From the NCBI GenBank assembly GCA_050950825.1, contig JBMNIH010000003.1:1-64000 (forward strand): DNA of 64,000 nt, in the 5' to 3' direction. The DNA is from Clostridia bacterium. GTDB taxonomy: Bacteria > Bacillota > Clostridia > JAAYHZ01. Each line of letters starts with the position of its first letter. Positions within the stretch are counted from its first letter, which is position 1. Below the pieces are notes generated by a model. It saw only the letters and a program-made list of their open reading frames with translations. It searched no databases and had not been told where the DNA came from. Both the position numbers and the translations under genes were made by a program. Positions 42,159-52,126 of the stretch are shown piece after piece.

Positions 42159-43381
42159 ATTTCTTTTAAAAGTTCCAAAACATGAACAATACCTTTTGTA
42201 TGGTATTCTATAAATTCGTCTAATAAATCAAATGTCGTATTTCCATTGATACAACTACGTTCTCTTGCTTCATCTTTCACCGGACGAAACTCCATATCGA
42301 ATGCCGGAATCCGATATTTCTCATATGCATAAGCCGGTACGCTTCCTGCGGTACATCCGAAGACATAGCGGATACCTTCCTTTTCCACATCTCGGAAGCC
42401 TTTGGTATATGCGGTACAGAATTTTTTACCCAAATCATTAAAGGCAGAATCGTCTTTTGCCGATTTCGCCGTTAAAAAGCAATCCGAGCATATGGAGGCC
42501 AAACAATGTCCGTCGAAAATGACTTTCGGGCGGATATCGTCGATGAATGACATAACGGCTTGGGTTTCGTCTTCCGATCCGGGATAGGGTCCTCGATATG
42601 TAGCACTTCCTAAGATGGAGGTATTTAAACCGTATGTATAGTCGATTTCTTCCCAGCTAGCATCGAAGTTTCTATTTAAATCCACTTGGTTGGGATTGCA
42701 TCGGACATAATGAGGATATCCTAGAACCATATCCTCTCTACCATCGGCATTAACCGACGGTAAAACGGCAATACCAACCTCATCCAAAAGCTCGGGACAT
42801 TCCTTCACGATGTTTTCCATGGCACTTAAAAACAGTTCGGGACCGGATTCTCCGGCATGAACCGTGCCGATAAGTCCGACAACCTTTTCGGGATTTCCGA
42901 TCCTAAGTCCCGTAAGAGGTTTTTTCCTCGTGGATCGACCGTAAACCTTCATGCTTTTTTCACCGGGATAAGCATCATAAATTCTTTTTAACGTTTCTTG
43001 AATACGGCTAAACGACCACCAAACACGAGGATCACGAACAGAGACAACGGCGGGACCTGCAGGTACGTCATCTTCTTCATAAGCCGCCCAATAGGAATAG
43101 ACTTTTAAAAATTCTACATTGCTATCGGTAAAAACAAAATGAAACCGTTCTTTCCTTTCTACGGGACCCTCATAGATGAGTTCGGCTTCTTTCCAATCGA
43201 TGTTATCGAAATATTCTTGGTAGTCAAAACCTTGCAGATAATTGTCTTCTTGTTTTCGATAAATTCGAAAATTTAATTGATCCGACGTGGTATCTTTTAA
43301 CTGCTGCCCTCTTACGATGTAAAGATGAACTTGCCCGTCGATACATTCGATTCCGTTAATGCGGATGCTTTTTCGTGCCAT
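42155..43381 (-). CDS. M14 zinc carboxypeptidase-family protein
   Basis: HAGE, NADG, VDLNRNF, SEDET, DGH. Confidence 0.85.
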   Translation of the reverse strand: MARKSIRINGIECIDGQVHLYIVRGQQLKDTTSDQLNFRIYRKQEDNYLQGFDYQEYFDNIDWKEAELIYEGPVERKERFHFVFTDSNVEFLKVYSYWAAYEEDDVPAGPAVVSVRDPRVWWSFSRIQETLKRIYDAYPGEKSMKVYGRSTRKKPLTGLRIGNPEKVVGLIGTVHAGESGPELFLSAMENIVKECPELLDEVGIAVLPSVNADGREDMVLGYPHYVRCNPNQVDLNRNFDASWEEIDYTYGLNTSILGSATYRGPYPGSEDETQAVMSFIDDIRPKVIFDGHCLASICSDCFLTAKSAKDDSAFNDLGKKFCTAYTKGFRDVEKEGIRYVFGCTAGSVPAYAYEKYRIPAFDMEFRPVKDEARERSCINGNTTFDLLDEFIEYHTKGIVHVLELLKEM

Positions 43382-43449
43382 GGTTAACCTCCTTGAATGG
43401 TTATATTTTATTCAGGTTTATTTTACCACATCGGAGGATAGTTTCTACG

Positions 43450-44045
43450 TTATTCTTGCTTTATTGCTTTGTTTATGTAATCCCGTAGTACTGCAATACG
43501 AGCCCTTGGATCGGTTATACCTTTATTATTGCAAAACTTCCTCATCCATTCTACTTCATTTTTGTTATATGGGTTTATCCAAAAACGTTTTATAAATAGC
43601 TTCAACTTTGATAAAATGTCCCAAGGCAATTCGGATATAGCACAGATATTATCAAATACTTCCAATAATTCATTTTCTGACATTCTGGCTTCCAAATAGT
43701 CCGGAAACAAAATCTCATAAAACGTGAATGGAATAACTTCAGAATCCAGTGTCTTCATCAATGTATAATAAGGACCTCGTTCTTTTATATCATCAGTTAC
43801 AAGACAAGCACAACCTAGGGTTTTTGCCATAGCGATAGCACAGGCCTCACCAAGATCTCCTCCATCAAAAAGAATTCTTAATTCTTCCATGTGCTCTGAA
43901 AATATCTTATACATTCCTATACTTTTTAGATATTGTTTCGTGACAATTTCAATTTTGCCGTCCTCAACATCTTAATCAAATTGATCAATTACATTTTGCT
44001 CGGCATGTTTTTTCAACTCGGTATTTCGAATAAATTCATAAACCT
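43450..44045 (-). pseudogene. PIN-like domain protein, degraded at the 5' end
   Basis: DLGEACAIAMA...VTDD motif; frame extends upstream through an internal TAA near 43973. Confidence 0.55.
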
Positions 44046-44373
44046 TTAACTATTTAAATCGATTAAATAAAATAGTCTGAAGATTTGCCTTGTACAGATG
44101 GATTATAACATTCGCATCAAATACGGAAAGCTATTGAAATTCAATAATGACGCAGAATGGTTTTCAAGGTTTAAAGAGGGGGTCAGGAAACCGGTCAATA
44201 ACAATGGATTCAAGGATGTAAAGATAGGTATGGAGGAGAATATATCGAAAGACAAAGCCGTGATAATCCCTGTTCCATCAAACCAAATTTAAAAAAATGC
44301 AAATAAAAAAGAGAAGTTGCGTTATTACTTTCTTCTCCTTTTTCATTTGGCTTTTTTAAGTTGTGAATATCGT

Positions 44374-44610
44374 TTAATTATCTTTTTTGTCCTCTACTTT
44401 CTTTAACCCGTTTAAAGCGGAAAGAGAAGAAGAGACGGCTTCAAGGTTGGTTTGCTTTGTTTCTTCAAGAAGCTCCCCGCGGATGATATTGATCTCTCTC
44501 GGTGCGTCAATACCGATGCTGACCCGATCTTCACCGACATCCAAAATGGTAACCTTTATATTCTCACCGATTATGATATATTGACCTTTCTTTCTGGACA
44601 GCACGAGCAT
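44374..44610 (-). CDS. csrA: Carbon storage regulator CsrA
   Basis: MLVLSRKKGQ.I.IG, IGIDAPR.I.I.RGEL. Confidence 0.95.
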   Translation of the reverse strand: MLVLSRKKGQYIIIGENIKVTILDVGEDRVSIGIDAPREINIIRGELLEETKQTNLEAVSSSLSALNGLKKVEDKKDN

Positions 44611-45047
44611 GAGTCTTCACCACCGTTCCTTAATTTAATATAAGCTTGGTATAACGGCTCCCGTATGGAATAGCTTGTGCCATCCGGTATCACTTGTTTT
44701 CCGACTAACGTCTTTGTGTTTATAACAATGGGAGCAGCCAAGTTTACCGTCATTTTATGAATGTCCGAAGGAATGACGGCAACGTTTAGAATCAAGACGT
44801 CATCATCCTCGGCTATATTCAATTCTTCAAAATCTCTTTTTCCGATAGGAGCTTTGTAGTTTTCATCGATATCAAAAGGATTGATTACCGGAAGGAGAAT
44901 ACCGGGTTCCTTTACCGATTGAAGTATATAGATCGGATAAAGGTCATCGGGAGTTAAAAGAACATATTCATGAAGGTTTTCCAGTCCGGGTAATCCTTTT
45001 TTGAAAGAAATCACTTTTTCTTTATAAATCCTTTCGTCAAGTTCCAT
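44571..45047 (-). CDS. fliW: Flagellar assembly factor FliW
   Basis: F.KGLPG, LQS, NPF, TVNLAAPIVIN, GKQVI; adjacent to csrA. Confidence 0.92.
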   Translation of the reverse strand: MELDERIYKEKVISFKKGLPGLENLHEYVLLTPDDLYPIYILQSVKEPGILLPVINPFDIDENYKAPIGKRDFEELNIAEDDDVLILNVAVIPSDIHKMTVNLAAPIVINTKTLVGKQVIPDGTSYSIREPLYQAYIKLRNGGEDSCSCCPERKVNIS

Positions 45048-45079
45048 ATTTGTTCCTACCTCCGTATGTTATATCACGA

Positions 45080-45106
45080 TTATCGGCAACCATGCCATAA
45101 AATTTT
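45080..45106 (-). promoter_or_regulatory. Sigma-28-type promoter upstream of fliW
   Basis: AAAA-N15-GCCGATAA. Confidence 0.55.
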
Positions 45107-45344
45107 TGTTCATCATTTACACTTTCTTATCTATTTATTTTCTTTTTTTATCACAATTTTTCAATTCCGGCTTTGTCCATACGATCCGGGCTTTGGTCTA
45201 GGCGTTGACTAAATTTCTTTTGATATATCAAATTCGAAGATGTGGATCGGGTGATTTCCCGATACCGTATAGGTACCGTTTACGGCATCGTTCATTATCA
45301 CATAATCGATAATTTCATGAAATATTGAAAATCCTTTTTATGCT

Positions 45345-45632
45345 TTATGGACGTATTTTTTTGCTGTCCTTAATCATTTTTTCCGCTACGGCTTTGCTAT
45401 CCACTTTGTAAGTGCCGTTTTCAATCGCCTTTTTGATCTTTTCTACTTTTTCCGTCCGAATGTCTTCCCCTTGTGCTTTAGCCGCTTTCATAGCGGTCAA
45501 ATAGGCTTTTGCTTCATCCGAAAGCTCCAATTTGTCGCTTTCCCGAATCACATCCGGTTGCTTTTTTCCGGCTACGGAATTCATTTTGTACTTGGATACG
45601 ATATCCATGGGGTTAATCGGGTTAATTTTCAT
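45345..45632 (-). CDS. flgM: Anti-sigma-28 factor FlgM
   Basis: D.LELS.EA, IRTEKVE.IK.AIENGTYKVDS..VAEKM. Confidence 0.92.
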   Translation of the reverse strand: MKINPINPMDIVSKYKMNSVAGKKQPDVIRESDKLELSDEAKAYLTAMKAAKAQGEDIRTEKVEKIKKAIENGTYKVDSKAVAEKMIKDSKKIRP

Positions 45633-46141
45633 ACTCTCACTCCCCTCTTGTTAATTGCCGCGCCCTCTTCTCTCACACTTTCATATTCTGACAATCCATT
45701 CGTTCACCTTTTTTTTATTATAATACTATTCGTTATGCTTGATACATTCTTCGAGAGTATATCAACCATATCAACCGATTCGCCGCACCTACGTTGGAAG
45801 TTCCTAAAAATCCTTGCTTTACCTTAGAAGCTTCCGAGAAGAGGGCTTGCCCGGACACCTCGACAGTCGCTAATTATTACTTTCTGCAGATAAACATAAG
45901 GGGTTCAAAAACTTGAAGAAACCAAAAGAGGAAGCTACCTCGTCGGTGTCCGGTATGCGTATTCTGTTCATTTCATTTTTTAAATATAGTAACCCTCTTT
46001 TATGAGAAGGAAAATGTTTTCATCTACAAAAACGTGTACGTCTTCCGATAATAGGGTTATGGTTCTCGTTTTGCGGACTCCTTCCGGAAGTATTCACGAA
46101 TCATTTTTGCACGTTTATAATTTATAAATACCTTCGTTTAT

Positions 46142-46168
46142 TTATCGAGTATATATGAGAAATCTTTA
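46142..46168 (-). promoter_or_regulatory. Sigma-28-type promoter pointing toward flgM
   Basis: TAAA-N15-CTCGATAA. Confidence 0.5.
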
Positions 46169-46444
46169 GTACCAAGAATATATTTTAGACAATAACTTTA
46201 ACTAATATTTTTGACCATTTAAAACATGGAATGATTTTTATTAGAAAATCGGTATATTTATTGACATTATGTTATAATTATGCTTAATCAAATAGCAATT
46301 TGCTTGCATGATTTTTAAACTTAACATTTTGTCGGAAGAGTTTTATCAATTTACAACACGGACGTTGTAATGGGAGAAAGGAAGGAAACATATATTTAGC
46401 TAACGGTATACTTTGCTAAGCAGTATACGGAAAGGAGGATATTT

Positions 46445-46891
46445 ATGGAAATCACAATTGATCGTTTGGAGAAATACGCAAAAGCCAATTTTTATATCAC
46501 CGATATCCCTCAAGCGAAGCCCTTGTATTTTATGCTCAAGGAAGTAAACGAATTGTTTGATCCGAATAGTATAAAGGTAATTTATCCTAAAAATTTGTTT
46601 TTGAATGACAAACAAGTGGAGTTGTTCTTGTTTACCGATAAAAAGCAAATAATAAAAGTGACCTATGAAAAAGGAGAAGTTCATACCGACCTGTATTTTT
46701 CAAAAAATCTCAGTATGTATATTAATATCTCCGATTACTGCAGGTCACTCAACATCAGATTTATTGACGGTGATGAAATTGAATTCAACAGTAAAAATGA
46801 TACCGATCACGCCAATACCGGATCCTTTAACGACTTAATTGTCGCCATATGGAAAGTACTGCTTTCCGGTGATAAAACGGTTCGTGACTGA
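46445..46891 (+). CDS. Hypothetical protein (DUF3908-like)
   Basis: YPKNLF motif; AGGAGG RBS. Confidence 0.6.
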   Translation: MEITIDRLEKYAKANFYITDIPQAKPLYFMLKEVNELFDPNSIKVIYPKNLFLNDKQVELFLFTDKKQIIKVTYEKGEVHTDLYFSKNLSMYINISDYCRSLNIRFIDGDEIEFNSKNDTDHANTGSFNDLIVAIWKVLLSGDKTVRD

Positions 46892-47099
46892 ATCGATATG
46901 GTCTACATATTTTCTTTATCACGGATGTTATTTTACTTTTAAAGAATACAACTTTGAGAGTATTCTAATATCTACTGCATAATAATAATGACAGATAGCA
47001 TATAGAAAAAAGGTATATTCAGCTTTTTTTCTATTTTAGAGTGCTACTTTGTTCTAGTGCCACTTAGAAATGTTAATATAATTCTCTCCAAAAGTAATC

Positions 47100-47306
47100 T
47101 GAATTTTACAAATTCTGAAGGTTCTAACTCCTCTATCTGCTGTGCAAATTTACTTTTTCTATCCTTGACTATAAATGTAGGAGCTATTTCTAGTGTGTTT
47201 CTATTCTGAATTACAATAACCGGTCTTTTATCTTTTTCTGAAAAATTTTTTTCCTTTTCTCTAGATCCGCATAATATATATCTCCTCTTTTAACTACAAA
47301 ACTCAT
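47100..47306 (-). pseudogene. mazF: MazF/PemK toxin remnant
   Basis: MSFVVKRGDIYYADL, then frameshifted EKDKRPVIVIQN; 3' boundary approximate. Confidence 0.7.
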
Positions 47307-47338
47307 GTCATTCAACACCTCGGATATTTATCATATTC

Positions 47339-47755
47339 TTAGACATCAGGAATATCTTTTATTTCCGGAACCAGACTTGTTATAAAATTTCTAATCGCTT
47401 CTGCACATTCTATGGCTTGTTTTGCATCCTCTTCGTTTAACACTATCCCCAAAGGATATCTTGGCTCTACGCCGTAGGCTGTTAATTCCGAACATTGATC
47501 GGCTATATTATCAAAGCTTGATTCGATTTCTCTACATATTCGGTATAAGTGATCTAAATCATGGGTTTTTTCCGGTGTTATTCCATAAAAAACGAGATAT
47601 CCCTTAAGGTACTTTTCAGCCGATTGTTGACAATGGTAACACACATTTGATATTTGCATCTTACCAAGAACACTAAATAAAGTTTGAGCACATATCAAGT
47701 CTCTATAAGCAATCTGCCACCATTCTTGCGTAAGATCTTTATTATCACTAACCAT
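47339..47755 (-). CDS. HEPN-domain protein (partner of MNT)
   Basis: CYHCQQSAEKYLKG, KTHDL..L, RYP. Confidence 0.88.
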   Translation of the reverse strand: MVSDNKDLTQEWWQIAYRDLICAQTLFSVLGKMQISNVCYHCQQSAEKYLKGYLVFYGITPEKTHDLDHLYRICREIESSFDNIADQCSELTAYGVEPRYPLGIVLNEEDAKQAIECAEAIRNFITSLVPEIKDIPDV

Positions 47756-48083
47756 ATAATAACTTTCCATCCTTAATAACTTGTTGTTCGATAGTAGGGT
47801 ATGTTGTTCGCCGATAAAAATTATTTTCTTTGCTAACAATTATATCTACAGGCTTTGTTTTTTTATCTCTTATTGCTTTACGGATTTTCTTCATTACGTC
47901 TATTTCTCTAATCTCTATGTTATCAGATATAATTATATACAAATCAATATCTGAATCATCACGGTTAGTACCTTTAGCATATGAACCAAAAAGAAAAATT
48001 TTTCTTACCGGAACAGTATTTATAATCGTTTCTGTTAACAAATTCAATTGCTTCGATAAATCATCATGTGTTCTTTTAACCAT
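47748..48083 (-). CDS. Minimal nucleotidyltransferase (MNT) antitoxin
   Basis: LFGSYAKG...DSDIDL; overlaps HEPN gene. Confidence 0.9.
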   Translation of the reverse strand: MVKRTHDDLSKQLNLLTETIINTVPVRKIFLFGSYAKGTNRDDSDIDLYIIISDNIEIREIDVMKKIRKAIRDKKTKPVDIIVSKENNFYRRTTYPTIEQQVIKDGKLLYG

Positions 48084-48149
48084 ATTAACATCACATTCCT
48101 TTCGCTGTGCTCAAGGCACAAAATAGAATGAAAAATTTTTACTTAAGCC

Positions 48150-48350
48150 ACCCTCTGTAGTAAAATATAAGTGGGTATGCAGGTATACTACAGAGCACGG
48201 GGAGGTGAGTGTGACAACCAAACTTTGAGTTGTCCGTATATTAACATGTGCCGTTCGCTCTCTCAAGTACAAATAAGTGTGCCATCGAGCACGAACACTA
48301 ATCTTTGTTTTAAACAAAGCTCTTGTTTATATTGAGTGGACAGTCAATGC
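48150..48350 (+). ncRNA. Putative IS110 bridge RNA (boundaries approximate)
   Basis: Non-coding left end; internal loop holds CGGGGAGGTG (48198-48207) and ATATTAACA (48238-48246), matching the two halves of the insertion site. Confidence 0.75.
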
Positions 48351-48383
48351 CTGCATCCCTAAATATTTACAAGGGTGAGGTTG

Positions 48384-49649
48384 ATGCTTAAGATTGTCTA
48401 TCCCATCTGTTGTGGAATTGATGTCCACAAAAAGTTTGTAATTGCCACTATTGCCACCACCAATGATAAAAATGTTACTTCCTATCAAACACGTCGTTTT
48501 AATACTTTCAAAAATGATCTAATCGCTCTCAACAACTGGTTAGTAGAAAACAAGTGCAAAGATGTCTGTATGGAATCCACCGGAAAGTACTGGATTCCTG
48601 TTTTTAACGTGCTCGAGGATTTCTGCACTATTACCCTTGCAAACCCGAGATACGTTAAAAATATCCCAGGTAAGAAAACCGATAAGCGAGATTCAATTTG
48701 GCTTGCTGACTTACACAAGCATGCATTGGTAAAAGGTAGCTTTATCCCATCTAAGCCTATACGGGAGTTGCGGGATTTAATTCGGTACAAGTCTAAACTT
48801 ACCAACGTCTCTTCCAGTGAGAAAAACCGGGTGCAAAATTCGCTTACAGTTTCAAACATCATGCTTGCCAATGTTGTTTCCGACACCTTCGGCAAGTCTG
48901 CTTCCTCAATTATTAAGCACATGATAGAGAATCCTGATATCATCGACTTTGATTATTCTTCAATGCTCCACAAAAGTCTGAAGAAAAAATCGGATGAAAT
49001 TGAACAAGCCGTTGCTGGTAAATTCTCTAAGGAGCAAGCGGCAAAATTGTCTGTATGCTATGAGCACTATAACAGCGTTGAAAAATGCATCGAAATACTG
49101 GAAGCTACAATACTCGAGCTATCTTTACCTTTCAAAGAACAAATTGACATCATCGCTACTTTACCTGGTATTAAGCAGGCATCGGCTACAGCTATTCTTT
49201 CAGAAATCGGAACCGATATGTCCGTCTTCACCTCGGACAAGCATCTTTGTTCCTGGGCTGGCCTTACACCCCAGAGTAATGAAAGTGCCGGTAAGAAGAA
49301 AAGTGTCCGTATTAGCCGCGCCGGTGTCTACATTAAACCTTTACTTGTCCAGTGTGCTAATGCCGCTGTAAAGGACAAGTCCTGCACTGTTTTCAAAAAC
49401 CGCTATGAAGCGATTAAAAAACGTCGTGGTCACAAACGTGCTATTATTGCTACCGCAAGAATGATTTTAACCTGCATCTATCACATGCTCTCTAAAAATG
49501 AGCCATTCAATCCATTGCTGTATGATGACAATGCGAAATCTAAGAAGCGTAATCAGCAGGATTCTCTAAGTATTGAGCAGGCCATCGCATTTTTGCAAGC
49601 CAATGGGTATACTGTGAATATTTCTGATCTAGTGGCAATAACAAACTAA
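48384..49649 (+). CDS. IS110 DEDD recombinase/transposase
   Basis: GIDVHK, MESTGKYW, KTDKRDS, WAGLTP...ESAGK. Confidence 0.95.
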   Translation: MLKIVYPICCGIDVHKKFVIATIATTNDKNVTSYQTRRFNTFKNDLIALNNWLVENKCKDVCMESTGKYWIPVFNVLEDFCTITLANPRYVKNIPGKKTDKRDSIWLADLHKHALVKGSFIPSKPIRELRDLIRYKSKLTNVSSSEKNRVQNSLTVSNIMLANVVSDTFGKSASSIIKHMIENPDIIDFDYSSMLHKSLKKKSDEIEQAVAGKFSKEQAAKLSVCYEHYNSVEKCIEILEATILELSLPFKEQIDIIATLPGIKQASATAILSEIGTDMSVFTSDKHLCSWAGLTPQSNESAGKKKSVRISRAGVYIKPLLVQCANAAVKDKSCTVFKNRYEAIKKRRGHKRAIIATARMILTCIYHMLSKNEPFNPLLYDDNAKSKKRNQQDSLSIEQAIAFLQANGYTVNISDLVAITN

Positions 49650-50158
49650 TAGTGTAATTCCAGTTTCATCCACAGTCCTAGGTATTCCTTAAGGGCTTGC
49701 TTTGTTGCGGCCTTCGCGGGTCTTTTTTATTTTCACACTAACACCTCCTCGTTATAAGATTCTTTGACCGAAAATATGTTATTATCATTGCTACTTTTAT
49801 ATTCGCTTCTTTTTGTCCGCTCTACCCGGCCGGTGGACAAGTTGCCATTCTTGGCTACAGATTTTTAATTGATATTTCCTTAGCCCTGTTTCATAATAAT
49901 CTCGGAAAGTATTGTAAAATATACCTACCGCCTATTCTTATATTAATTATACCATAAACAAAAGTTTACAGCTCGATTCTTTACTAAAAACATCCAATAA
50001 TAAACATTCCTACAACTTATTATTTATGTTTTTATTTATTTACAGTTGCTGAAATTTTAAAACTATCAAGTGAAAATTCATTAAAGATTTAATAAAATTA
50101 TTACTTTGATAAACCGACTTATTAGTAAATAATTACATAGTACTATATAAATTCCATT

Positions 50159-51058
50159 TCACAAAATCTTATATTCATAAACCACGCTATCCTTTGGATC
50201 GGCATCCGATTCGAATCTGATCAAATGGCATCCTCGAACGTAGATGTTGTTGCTTGATCTTGCTTGGAATCGTATATGGGATAAGTCGCAATTGTTGAAT
50301 TTGATGTATTTGCTGTTTTCAATGAGGATATCACCGCAGTAAATGGGGCATCCGTTTATGAGAAAGCCGTAGGTTACGTTTTGGATAACAAAAGGCTTGT
50401 CGTTATGATTGATGCTGCAGCCGGTGATAACGCCGTGGCCGTGGTTATCCCCTTCGGTTATCATTATACCCGTCTTATTATCCGAAATAATGCAGCTTGA
50501 AATATTGGTGTTGCCGCCTTGGATCAGGATCGCCGTTTGGTTGGTATAGAAGGTGCATTGCGTCAGCTGGTTGTATTCTCCTCTTTCGAAAGCGGCAAAC
50601 CCGATTCGATTGTTTTTAAAAGAACACAGTTGGATTCGATTGCCTTGGTGACGGCCGACGGCTTTCGCATGTGATATGGCACAATGGCCGAACCCTTCAA
50701 ATGTACAATCGACGATGGAATTGTCCAAGGTGCTTCCCATATTAATGGCGCATTGCCTTTGATACTCTTTCTTATCTCGCTTTATCGCATAGAAGTTAAT
50801 GCCTTTAACATGGATTCCTCCCGTCTCAAACCGTATCGCTTCGATATCCCCGTCTACGTAAAGGTCGGCATTAAGGCTGAAAATATAGCATTTTCTCCTG
50901 ATGAAAACCGTGCTTGTTATGATTCCTTTTCCGACTAGGATCACGTTATTCGTATCTTCATCGTCAAGAATTTCTTGCAAATGGGTCGATACGTCGATAT
51001 CGTCCATGGTTACTACTTTCGCGTTATTGTATATGCTTTGAATCCAAATATCCGGCAT
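50159..51058 (-). CDS. Right-handed parallel beta-helix protein (pectin-lyase-like fold)
   Basis: Repeated I..C.F/I..N..G motifs; GGAGG RBS. Confidence 0.7.
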   Translation of the reverse strand: MPDIWIQSIYNNAKVVTMDDIDVSTHLQEILDDEDTNNVILVGKGIITSTVFIRRKCYIFSLNADLYVDGDIEAIRFETGGIHVKGINFYAIKRDKKEYQRQCAINMGSTLDNSIVDCTFEGFGHCAISHAKAVGRHQGNRIQLCSFKNNRIGFAAFERGEYNQLTQCTFYTNQTAILIQGGNTNISSCIISDNKTGIMITEGDNHGHGVITGCSINHNDKPFVIQNVTYGFLINGCPIYCGDILIENSKYIKFNNCDLSHIRFQARSSNNIYVRGCHLIRFESDADPKDSVVYEYKIL

Positions 51059-51138
51059 TGTGATTCCTCCTCATAACGATTGTTAGCATCCTAATATTAT
51101 GCCCCGGCCACTTGCTTATCTATGAAACGATTAATCCT

Positions 51139-51930
51139 TTATACCCATTTTCTATATTCCGCTTCTTTATCCTTTTCTTTTTCTTTTTTCTTATCTTCCT
51201 TGAGCTTTTGCTTGCTTGCGATTTTATTATTGATCCTTTTGTAACCGTTGCCAAGGGTCGATTTCACATCCTTTAAAAGAATCCTCTTGATTCCTTCATT
51301 AATATCCGCATACCCATGCTCGCTATAACTAATCTGCAACGTTTCATTTTTTGTCGTTATGCTCACACGGTTGGATTCCACGAAAACCGTAAGATCGGGA
51401 TCCGTTTCTTTTGCCTCTTTTACTTTCTCTAAGATAAGTAATCGCAACGGATTCTTATTCAGCTTGATTCTTGCTCGAATAAAGAGTATAAGACCGATGA
51501 TTACGGTGGGACCTACGGTCATTCCTCCGATTATGACGGGACCGAATAATACGGAATACCAAATCGTACTGCCTTTAACCCCATGGTACATGCTCGGAAA
51601 TGCAATAAGGGTAACAATCATGTACAGAAAAAACAATACACCTGCAATGGCACAAACGGCACCGAGTCTCTGCAGAAATGTTGATATTTTTTTTAGAACC
51701 CATCCCACAATTTCGGAAACGAAGACAATTAATATGACAACGATGGCTTCTTGGGGTTTGCCTTCCGTAAACAACATCGGCCACCCGGCAACAGCGCTGA
51801 AAGCAAATAAAGCGATAAAAATAAACGCCATGAATATTACAAAAAGATATGTACCGCATCCGTCCCCATAATAGGGTCGAACTTCAAAATCCCATCTGCC
51901 CGTAGAACCTTCTATCCAACCTTTTAGCAT
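51139..51930 (-). CDS. Hypothetical membrane protein
   Basis: About four hydrophobic segments and a Lys-rich tail. Confidence 0.65.
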   Translation of the reverse strand: MLKGWIEGSTGRWDFEVRPYYGDGCGTYLFVIFMAFIFIALFAFSAVAGWPMLFTEGKPQEAIVVILIVFVSEIVGWVLKKISTFLQRLGAVCAIAGVLFFLYMIVTLIAFPSMYHGVKGSTIWYSVLFGPVIIGGMTVGPTVIIGLILFIRARIKLNKNPLRLLILEKVKEAKETDPDLTVFVESNRVSITTKNETLQISYSEHGYADINEGIKRILLKDVKSTLGNGYKRINNKIASKQKLKEDKKKEKEKDKEAEYRKWV

Positions 51931-52057
51931 AAGTTCAACTCCCTGCAAGCATAATATGGATACAAAATCCACATCTTCACCCATTATATCCGAACAAGAT
52001 AATTTATGTCTATCATTTGCTTATAAAAGTCATAACCGTTGAACAGAGAAGGTTTAC

Positions 52058-52105
52058 ATGACAAAAAGCTCCTTCCGATATTTTTCGAAGGAGCTTTTTG
52101 TCATC
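52058..52105. terminator. Intrinsic terminator
   Basis: ATGACAAAAAGCTCCTTC / GAAGGAGCTTTTTGTCAT. Confidence 0.8.
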
Positions 52106-52126
52106 ATTCTTTACAACAGAAAACTC

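Larger units (their letters stand above)
48091..49743 (+). mobile_element. IS110-family element
   Basis: No terminal IRs; TAACA at both junctions (48086-48090, 49739-49743); removal restores CGAGGAGGTGTTAATATG, the RBS and ATG of the MNT gene. Confidence 0.9.

Noticed and set aside
44098-44292. 64-aa ORF
   Set aside because: No recognisable motif or RBS; probably a fragment
45190-45330. flgN remnant (IFHEIIDYVIMNDAVNGTYTVSG...)
   Set aside because: Position fits, but similarity is too weak to call by eye
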